From Candidatus Latescibacterota bacterium (GTDB lineage Bacteria; Latescibacterota; UBA2968): DNA of 64,000 bases. How positions within the stretch are numbered: position 1 is the stretch's first letter; each line of letters starts with the position of its first letter. This document shows positions 39,527 through 48,400 of the stretch, piece by piece. A program made the position numbers and the translations under genes. Below the pieces are notes generated by a model. It did no database searches and was not told the origin of the DNA. It saw only the letters and a program-made list of their open reading frames with translations. The stretch is taken from positions 1,888,001 through 1,952,000 of the forward strand of contig OZ242320.1 in assembly GCA_965208125.1 (NCBI GenBank), read 5' to 3'.

Positions 39527-41914
39527 TCACGTTACTGCGCGTTCCCGACGCAAATTGTAAACACACCACAGAACAAGCGCGTAAGCCACAGCGGCAATAA
39601 AAAAATTAACAGATATCCCAAATATAATAGAAACAAACACCGCCAGAGCAGAACACAGCACACCCATAATCCCATTCAGTGCCCAGAACCACGGCGTATC
39701 GTCTTCATAATTAGTCTGAACCAGACGCATACCCGTCGGAAAAAACAGCCCCATAAGCATCCCCACGGGAAAAATGACCAGAACAGACATCAGTATTTTT
39801 GTCGTCGTATCCTCAGCCATCATGTGGGACATCAAATAGTGGAGAACCGTATTGAGCGCAACAACACTCACCGCCGTTACAATGGGAAAAGCATAAACAT
39901 AGGGTCTTCGCGTAAGCGGAAAATGATCGCTTACAAAACTGCCCATACCCGTACTTGCAATAAGTGTAAACAGCAATATACCCAGCGAATAGATGGGATG
40001 TCCAGTAAATACGTTGAGCCGTTGAATCAGGGCAATTTCCACAAACATAAAAGCCGAACCAATAAGAGAAAAATACAATGCCCCGAACCAGAAACCGGGT
40101 GTTTGCATCAACGTTGTGGGTCTATGGGCAAGCCACAAAGGCACGCCGATCGTTGCAACAGCCAGCACTCCGAGCACAACCAAAAGCACCAGAAGCGTAG
40201 CCAGTGCTCTCAAATTCCCACTGAGAACACCCTCTTGACCTCGCAGTGCCGTATCCAGATGGCTCAGCTTCAACATATTAAAAAAATAGGGATTGTCATC
40301 CGTCGGCGGACTGTAGTCCAATTCAGCTTGCGCCACAGCCTCTGCGAGTTGATCTGTGGATTGGGCAGATAAAATCTGTCTCAAAACAGGTTCGGCAGAC
40401 AAGCTATCGGGCACATGCACAATCTGATATTGCAATTCCTCGCACACCTGTCTCAAACGGCTAATATCCCCCTCACTCAGCGGCTGCCGGCAAATCAGCA
40501 AAGTCGAAACATTGCCGATTGTAATAAGCGCCATATGATCAGCCGGTTTTTTTACCTTGAGCCGCAAAAGCGATTCAACGCCCAAACTCAACACCCGACC
40601 GGTTTCTCCAATATGTTCGGCACTATACCACCGCGACACCGTAAAAATACCGTCCTCTGTCAACCGGCTGAGAAATGTCTGCCAGGCCTCAACAGTATAG
40701 AGCGCATTTTCAGACAGTGAAAATGCGCCCGCGCCCGTCGCTGCCCAGGTATCGATCAACGCCATCTGAATAACGGAAAACTGCGCGCGACTCTGCGACA
40801 AAAAACTGCGCGCATCATCCACCACAAACGTCACGTCATCCCGATTGGCAAGCCCAGCAAACTCGCGAAACTCATTCTGAAGCAAATCGACAAATATCGG
40901 ATTGACCTCAATACCCAGAACAGCGTCGTGACCAAAAAAGAGCGCACTCTGAATATCCTTACCCCCGCCCACGCCAATAATACACGCTTTACCCCGTCTA
41001 TTGAGATAATACCCGACATTCGTAATATCATAACGCAGATGTTCAATATCTCTGAGTGAAGCAAACGATCTAATAGCCGTACCCGCTGCACCGTCAATCG
41101 TCATCCCGTGAAAAAAGATCTTCTCTCCCTCTGCTACGGGACTACCACCCCAGAGTTGCGGAGGCAAATATTGCTGGCGATAAACAACAACGCGCGAAAA
41201 GGAATTCCACCGTTCTAAAATTTGATCGCTAAGCCTTTGAAATTTCTCTTTCACAAACATCGGACGAATACCATAAGGCGTTTGAGCATTGGCAACTCCC
41301 AACACAAAAAACAGCAACGCGAACGCGATATAACGACGAACAGATCGAGATTGAGCAACACGGGCAAAACACGCGCCAGATAGCGCGCCAATGCCACTGC
41401 ACCACAACATCAGACTCGGCGCATCAACTATTTCGAGACCACCCAGAACAATCAGACATCCAGCAGAAGCACCTGTTAAATCACTGGCATAAAGCCTGCC
41501 AATCGGCGCATTGAATCGCGTCAACACAGTCGTAATAACAAGACCCGCATAATAAAACGGCCAGGCGCAGACCAGCGTTGCTACAAAAAGCACGATCAGG
41601 CTCAGAATACTCCTGTAAAACCCGATAGGCAAAACGCACAAAAGGATCAAGCTCGCGGGAATAGACAGCGCAAACCCGACACATGCGCGGATAATCGCTT
41701 CAATCTTATTCTCATCGTCAAAGCGATCTTTTTGTACATAGACCTGAATAGCCCCCGCCGTCATACCCAGCATGGCAATAGAAATAGAAAAAAACGCCAG
41801 ATGGTACCAGGTAATAACACTCAGCAGACGCACCAGAACAATCTGGATCGCCAGCGACGCCAGCGCGATCAAAAAAAGACCTGTATAAACTGCGATTGAT
41901 CGTTCGTGTCTCAT
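39527..41914 (-). CDS. Membrane protein with a spermidine-synthase-like SAM-dependent domain
   Basis: N- and C-terminal TM bundles around 'IIGVGGGKD', 'EVNP', 'DDAR', 'ENALYTVEA', 'TDDNPYFF'. Confidence 0.8.
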   Translation of the reverse strand: MRHERSIAVYTGLFLIALASLAIQIVLVRLLSVITWYHLAFFSISIAMLGMTAGAIQVYVQKDRFDDENKIEAIIRACVGFALSIPASLILLCVLPIGFYRSILSLIVLFVATLVCAWPFYYAGLVITTVLTRFNAPIGRLYASDLTGASAGCLIVLGGLEIVDAPSLMLWCSGIGALSGACFARVAQSRSVRRYIAFALLFFVLGVANAQTPYGIRPMFVKEKFQRLSDQILERWNSFSRVVVYRQQYLPPQLWGGSPVAEGEKIFFHGMTIDGAAGTAIRSFASLRDIEHLRYDITNVGYYLNRRGKACIIGVGGGKDIQSALFFGHDAVLGIEVNPIFVDLLQNEFREFAGLANRDDVTFVVDDARSFLSQSRAQFSVIQMALIDTWAATGAGAFSLSENALYTVEAWQTFLSRLTEDGIFTVSRWYSAEHIGETGRVLSLGVESLLRLKVKKPADHMALITIGNVSTLLICRQPLSEGDISRLRQVCEELQYQIVHVPDSLSAEPVLRQILSAQSTDQLAEAVAQAELDYSPPTDDNPYFFNMLKLSHLDTALRGQEGVLSGNLRALATLLVLLVVLGVLAVATIGVPLWLAHRPTTLMQTPGFWFGALYFSLIGSAFMFVEIALIQRLNVFTGHPIYSLGILLFTLIASTGMGSFVSDHFPLTRRPYVYAFPIVTAVSVVALNTVLHYLMSHMMAEDTTTKILMSVLVIFPVGMLMGLFFPTGMRLVQTNYEDDTPWFWALNGIMGVLCSALAVFVSIIFGISVNFFIAAVAYALVLWCVYNLRRERAVT

Positions 41915-42277
41915 AGGCAATAGAACTTCATCCCTGATTCGTCTATGAACTGACCTGAATCAGTTGTACACCGCTCCGTCTATTCGTCCCCGAAGGTACA
42001 CCGAATCGGCAAACTCATCAAGTCCAATACTCCCACCACGCATATAACGGGAACTTGCCCATGATCAGCGATCAGGCAACAGCAGTCCAATCACTGTGGG
42101 AATATCAGCTAGAACTTCTTGCAAATGTTTTCTAACATTTTATATTAGTAAGTAGCTACTCATCATGAATAAATCTATTTGACTTTGAATTTCTTATTTT
42201 GCATTCTAAACAGCGAGGGTCGTGCCTCGGCAAAGACACGACCCTCAGAAAAGTATCTCTTTAGCAGGAGAGATGAA

Positions 42278-43027
42278 ATGACAATAGGAAAGGTAGTCAC
42301 AAGAGTCAAGGGCGTTCTGCTGTTTATTACTGTCCTGACGACAAGCACTATTACGCCGTTTAATGAGTCTTCGGGCGGTGAATTTGCAGGCATGCGGCTT
42401 TATCTCGATACCGAGGTTGAAACGCCCCCTGTATTGAACAACACATTGACCATTTCCAAAAAGAGACCTGGCGATACAATACAATTTCAACTCTTTGCAC
42501 CCACGACCGCAGACCAGCGAACATACGGCTATGAGATGGAACTTGCCCTGTCCGACAAGGCATTTTTCGATCATATCGGTAACATATCGGGAAAAGGTTT
42601 TACTGGCGCGTCTCTGCGCCGAACACCCGGCTATCCCCGTATAGCCGCGCTGATTCTTTCCATCCCCACAGTGCCAGAAAACGGCTATCTCGGGCAAATT
42701 AACTTGCAGGTCATCAAACCCCTCGACGAAAAAACAACCCTTACCGTCAAAACCATTGTGATGGCCGGCCTCAGTGGTGACCTCGACCTTTTAGATATAT
42801 CTGAAGCCACAATCTCTTTTATCGGGACTTTTAAACCAGGTGATTCCAATGGCGATTTCAATGGCGACCTCGACGTTGACTTTGCCGATTTTCTCGCCTT
42901 TGTTGGCGTCTTTGGATTGTCGGAATCAGACACCAGTTTCGACGCGAGCATGGATATGAACGGCGATGGTATCATTAACTTTGTGGATTTTCTCGCCTTT
43001 GTCCGTGCCTTTGGCAACGATCCATAG
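42278..43027 (+). CDS. Secreted protein with a beta-rich (cohesin-like?) domain and C-terminal dockerin/EF-hand-like duplicated motif
   Basis: Signal-like N-terminus. 'GDFNGDLDVDFADFLAF...FG' and 'DMNGDGIINFVDFLAF...FG'. Confidence 0.65.
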   Translation: MTIGKVVTRVKGVLLFITVLTTSTITPFNESSGGEFAGMRLYLDTEVETPPVLNNTLTISKKRPGDTIQFQLFAPTTADQRTYGYEMELALSDKAFFDHIGNISGKGFTGASLRRTPGYPRIAALILSIPTVPENGYLGQINLQVIKPLDEKTTLTVKTIVMAGLSGDLDLLDISEATISFIGTFKPGDSNGDFNGDLDVDFADFLAFVGVFGLSESDTSFDASMDMNGDGIINFVDFLAFVRAFGNDP

Positions 43028-43073
43028 CGGTCCAATATCGCTTATCATTAGAGAATATCAGGTACTGGATTTT

Positions 43074-43105
43074 AAAAAGCACGCTCTAAATAGAGCGTGC
43101 TTTTT
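43074..43105. terminator. Bidirectional intrinsic terminator
   Basis: AAAAAGCACGCTCTA-AA-TAGAGCGTGCTTTTT. Confidence 0.85.
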
Positions 43106-43114
43106 CATTCCCTC

Positions 43115-43143
43115 TTGACAGCCTCAATCCGCAGACCTATATA
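43115..43143 (+). promoter_or_regulatory. Sigma70-like promoter, probably for a leaderless mRNA
   Basis: TTGACA-17 nt-TATATA ends 5 nt before the ATG at 43149. No Shine-Dalgarno sequence. Confidence 0.55.
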
Positions 43144-43148
43144 GAACT

Positions 43149-45095
43149 ATGGCTGAAGTCGCTCGAGAACACGAACAAAAAGACCCCACCGCGCGCGCAT
43201 TGACCTATAAGTCAATCATCCTGGGACTAACGCTTGTACTCGTAGCCGCGCTCGGTGGATTTTACGCACGGCACATCTTGCACACAACGCGGCTGGCGCA
43301 AAATCACTTGTCCCTCGCCGTGGTATTTCCCTTTGCAATAACCGTCGTATTCTTGCGGCATTATCTCAAACTCAACCGGGGCGAACTGCTCGTCATCTTT
43401 TCAATGGGCCTGATCGCCTCAACCCTGCCGACGTACTTCTTGAGCCGATTAATCGCCAGCTTTTGCGTACCGTATTACCTCGCCGACCCGACAAATCGAT
43501 GGGGCGAATTTACACACGACTATCTGCCATCCTGGGCCGTAATTGAACCCGGTCCGGCACTGACGTGGTTCTTCGAGGGCTTGCCGCGCGGCACCCCTGT
43601 TCCATGGGAAGTGTGGATCGGACCTTTGTTCTGGTGGTTGAGCCTGCTCGCCGCGCTCTGCGCGGTCTTGTTGTGTACAGCAGTAATCCTGCGCAAGCAA
43701 TGGATCGAATACGAGCGATTGGACTACGCCCTCATGGAATTGCCCCTCGCAATGGTCGAAGAAGGCGATACACCATCCCGCTTGCCTCCATTTATGCGCT
43801 CGCCGCTCTTCTGGATGGGTTTTTCATTTTCGATCTTCGGCATACTATGGAACATCGTCTCCTATTTTAACCCCACATTTCCCATATTTCCCTGGCGATT
43901 TGAAGCCATATCCTTTGGGCGAGATTTTCAGTCAATTCGCATGAACCTCTACTGGCCCATTGTGGGATTTGCCTACTTTATCAACTTAGACATCTCGTTT
44001 AGCATCTGCTTTTTCTACCTCCTCGCGGTTATCGAAGAGGGATTATTCAACCGATTCGGCGTCACAATTTCAGAAGCGAACTTCTGCGGCACCTCCTTTG
44101 TGCCCGTGGGCTGGCAAATGATCGGCGTGTGGTTTACCGTCGTGGGCTGGGGGCTTTGGATTGCGCGATCCCACCTGCGCGATGTATTTCGCAAAGCATT
44201 CAAAGGCGATGCAAAAATCGATGACTCAGACGAATTGCTCTCCTATCGGAACGCAGTCTTCGGATTATTGGCCGGCCTGCTCTACATGGCCTGCTGGTTT
44301 TACGCCTCGGGCATGGGCCTGTGGGTAATCGCGGTATTTCTCATCGTCATGATGGTCGTCTATATCGGGATCTCGCGCATCATTGCCGAAACAGGCGTCA
44401 TCACCATTCGCGCCGTCATGGTACCGCAAACATTCATCATGTTCACATTCGGCACCACGCGACTCTCTGCACAAACCATGGTCGCACTCGGCATGTCATT
44501 TGGCTGGTGCGGCGACATGAAAACAACCCTCATGCCCGCCTTGACCCACTCCGTCCGTCTATTCGACACCATTCAGCATCACAAACGGCAACTCGTCTGG
44601 GCCATATGTCTGGCTATGGGCGTGGGCATTGTCGCATCCTGTTTGTATATCATATCCATGGGGTATGAAGGCGGCGCGGGCAATTACGGATCGCAAATCT
44701 CCGGAGGCCTGGCGCGAGGCCCCTGGGACTTTGTAGTCAAATACGCAAGAGATCCCGTCAATCCCGACTGGCGCAAAATGGCCTTCTTCACCAGCGGCAT
44801 CGCCTTTGCAGCCCTCCTGTACTTCTTGCGCTACCGCTACACCTGGTGGCCCCTGCACCCACTGGGACTGGCAACCGGACCTGCGTATCCCGTGACCCAT
44901 GTCGTCTTCCCAATCTTCCTCGGTTGGTTGAGCAAATTCGCCATCCTGCGTTTTGGTGGTAGCAGAACCTATCGCAGTGCCCGCCCCTTCTTTCTCGGAT
45001 TGATCATGGGATACTATGTGGGCGCGGGCATCTCGTTCTTTGTCGATATGATCTGGTTTTACGGACAAGGCCACGGCGTCCCGTTTTCCGATTGA
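43149..45095 (+). CDS. DUF6785-type / OPT-like multi-pass membrane protein (paralog 1)
   Basis: Many TM segments. 'ELLVIF.M', 'LRKQW.E.ERL.Y.L..LP', 'ELLSYR.A', 'WWPLHP.G', 'PFFLGL..G'. Confidence 0.7.
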   Translation: MAEVAREHEQKDPTARALTYKSIILGLTLVLVAALGGFYARHILHTTRLAQNHLSLAVVFPFAITVVFLRHYLKLNRGELLVIFSMGLIASTLPTYFLSRLIASFCVPYYLADPTNRWGEFTHDYLPSWAVIEPGPALTWFFEGLPRGTPVPWEVWIGPLFWWLSLLAALCAVLLCTAVILRKQWIEYERLDYALMELPLAMVEEGDTPSRLPPFMRSPLFWMGFSFSIFGILWNIVSYFNPTFPIFPWRFEAISFGRDFQSIRMNLYWPIVGFAYFINLDISFSICFFYLLAVIEEGLFNRFGVTISEANFCGTSFVPVGWQMIGVWFTVVGWGLWIARSHLRDVFRKAFKGDAKIDDSDELLSYRNAVFGLLAGLLYMACWFYASGMGLWVIAVFLIVMMVVYIGISRIIAETGVITIRAVMVPQTFIMFTFGTTRLSAQTMVALGMSFGWCGDMKTTLMPALTHSVRLFDTIQHHKRQLVWAICLAMGVGIVASCLYIISMGYEGGAGNYGSQISGGLARGPWDFVVKYARDPVNPDWRKMAFFTSGIAFAALLYFLRYRYTWWPLHPLGLATGPAYPVTHVVFPIFLGWLSKFAILRFGGSRTYRSARPFFLGLIMGYYVGAGISFFVDMIWFYGQGHGVPFSD

Positions 45096-45459
45096 GCAAT
45101 CAGCAAAACCTGTTCTCACCTATCAACCCAGCTACCCAATCCTTATTTTTTATCTGATGTTACGCAGTCAGACGAAAATTGTCTTTTATAACAAAGACAA
45201 TTCTATATATTTAGCAAACGTGTGTGCAAAGTGTCAACGACGCGCCGCCGAAGCCACAGACCAGGGCGTGCCTGGCATCGCAGGGGAAAAATTGTCACAG
45301 AGATCCTGAAAAATCAGGTTCTGGATAATCAGAGAAGAAATAATGATTTTACGTACAACGCAACAGGGAAAAGATAAAAAAAAAGATCGTGCGGAGAAAC
45401 GTATAGGCGCACTTGAAAATCACCTGAATGGTCATATAGAAACGACGATAAAAAAAGAA

Positions 45460-48400
45460 ATGCTATTTATTATTGCCCTTGTGTTACTGGCATTTGTGGG
45501 TTATGCCTCCACGGGTACAAATGCAAACGACGAACGCACAACAACCCCTGCGCTCTCGTCTAATGACAATAACGACAACGCCAATCCCTCCCCCGACTTT
45601 GATGGCGACGGGACAGTTGGTATCTCCGACTTCTTGCTGTTTGTAGATGTGTTCGGCTCCCGTCAAGGCGATGAGGGATATGAAGCGCGGTTTGATCTGG
45701 ACAGTAATGGAATCATTGGAATTAGCGATTTTCTGATCTTCTCGGAGAACTTCGGCAAAGAGGTGCATCTTGATGACCGGGCAATACTGGTCAGGCTCTA
45801 CGAGGCAACGGATGGCCCGAAATGGACGAACAAGGAAAACTGGCTTAGCGACAAGCCCCTGGGGGAATGGCATGGCGTGACCACCGACGCCAACGGGCGT
45901 GTGATCCGATTGGAACTGAATGATAACAACCTGCAAGGGCCGATACCTGTGCAACTGGCACGGCTATCCAATCTTACGCAGCTGAACCTTGGCTGGACCC
46001 GGTTGACGGGGACGATGGGGAACCAGTTGACGGGGATGATACCCACGGAACTGGCACAACTCACCAACCTCACAAGGTTGGACCTTGCCTCCAACCAATT
46101 GACGGGGTCAATTCCAACTGAACTGACAAAGCTGATAAAGTTAACATATTTGGACCTTGCCTCCAACCAATTGACGGGGACGATTCCCAAAGAACTGGCA
46201 CAGCTAACAAAGCTCACAGAGTTGGGCCTTGGCTGGAACCAATTGACGGGGACAATTCCAACTGAACTGGCACAGCTAACAAAGCTCACAGAGTTGGGCC
46301 TTGGCTGGAACCAATTGACGGGGACAATTCCAACTGAACTGGCACGCCTGACCAATCTAACATCGTTGGACCTTAGTGGGAGGAGCTTTTGGGAGAGCGG
46401 ATTGACGGGGACGATTCCCAAAGAACTGGCACAACTATCCAATCTCAGAAAGTTGAACCTTGGCTCCAACCAATTGACGGGGACAATTCCAACTGAACTG
46501 GCACAGCTAACAAAGCTCGAAGAATTGGGCCTTGGCTGGAACCAGTTGACGGGAAACATTCCAACTGAACTGGCACAGCTAACCAATCTAACATATTTGT
46601 ACCTTTACCAGAACCAGTTGACAGGGACGATTCCAACAGAACTGGCACAATTGACAAGGCTCTGGACTTTGCACCTTAGCGGGAATCAGTTGACAGGGAC
46701 GATTCCCAAAGAACTGGCACGCCTGACAAGGCTCAGACAATTACATCTTTCTTCGAACCAGTTGACGGGATCGATTCCCAAAGAACTGGCACAACTGTCC
46801 AATCTCAGAAAGTTGGGCCTTAGCTGGAACCAGTTGACGGGGACAATTCCAACTGAACTGGCACAGCTAACAAAGCTAATAGTATTGGACCTTAGTGGGA
46901 ATCCGTTGACGGGAAACATTCCAACAGAACTGGCACAATTGACGAGGCTCTGGACTTTGCACCTTAGCTGGAACCAGTTGACAGGGACGATTCCCAAAGA
47001 ACTGGCACGCCTAACAAAACTCGAAGAATTGGGCCTTAGCGGGAATCAGTTGACAGGGACGATTCCCAAAGAACTGGCACAATTGACAAGGCTCAGACAA
47101 TTACATCTTTCTTGGAACCAGTTGACAGGGACGATTCCCAAAGAACTGGCACAATTGACCAACCTCACCCAACTGGTTCTCAGTGGAAATGCCGAATTGT
47201 CGGGACCATTGCCTCCGGCATTCACGGACCTCTCTCTGGAATCGCTCTATTTGTCAGGCACCGGGGTGTGCGTGCCTCTGACCGGCGCATTCGTGGAATG
47301 GCTCGACAGTATTCCGACAAAAAGGGGAGGTACCCACTGCGCTGACCCGGAACGGGATGCGTTGATCTCGCTCTATAGGCAGACGAACGGACCGAATTGG
47401 ACGAACAACAAAAACTGGACGACCCTGGAGCCTCTGGGCGATTGGTATGGCGTGACCACAGATGCCGACGGACGCGTCACCCACCTGAACCTGAGGGACA
47501 ACAACCTGAGCGGTCTCCTTCCCCCCTCACTGAGCAATTTGGGCAACCTGAAAACACTGAACCTCGCTGGCAACGCGGCCCTGTCCGGTCCATTGTCTCA
47601 GGGGTTTACTGGTCTCACACTCGAATCCCTGGACCTGGAAGAAACGCGGCTGTGCGCGCCCCCTCTCTCCGAATTCCAGACGTGGGTTAATGGAATAAGG
47701 GACAGTGACGTTGCCCAATGTACCGACGCCCGTCCGGATTATTACGCTTTGGCCGCGCTGTACAACGGGACGGAAGGAGCAAACTGGACAAACGCGACGA
47801 ACTGGGCGAGCGACGCGCCCTTGGGCGAATGGTATGGCGTGACCACAGACGCCAGTGGGCGCGTGACCGAATTGTCCCTGAATGATAACAACCTGCAAGG
47901 AGCGATACCAGTGGAACTGGGGCAACTTACCAATCTCGCGTCGCTGAATCTATCCTCAAATCAGTTGACCGGCAATATACCCTCCGAACTGGCACAACTC
48001 AAAAATCTCACGAGGTTAACCCTTGGCTGGAACGATTTGACGGGGACAATTGCGACAGAACTGACACAGCTAACCAAGCTCACATCGTTGTTCCTTAGGA
48101 GCAACCAGCTAACGGGCAATATACCTTCCGAACTGGCGCAACTTTCCAACCTCACAGGACTGGATCTAGGGTTCAATAACCTGACCGGTGAGATACCCCC
48201 AGAACTGGGACAACTCACAAACCTTAGAACATTGAATCTTTCTGGCAATTCGTTAGACGGGAATATACCTTCCGAACTGGCGCAACTTTCCAACCTCACA
48301 GGACTGGATCTAGGGTTCAATAACCTGACCGGTGAGATACCCCCGGAACTGGGACAACTCAACAATCTCACAAGGCTGGAGCTTTACGAAAACTTCCTCA

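Noticed and set aside
45211-45290. Possible c-di-GMP-I (GEMM) riboswitch upstream of the LRR gene (GCAAAC...GACGC...AAGCCACAG)
   Set aside because: The stems pair poorly, and the GAAA tetraloop and GACGCAAAG junction are disrupted. It cannot be supported without an Infernal scan.
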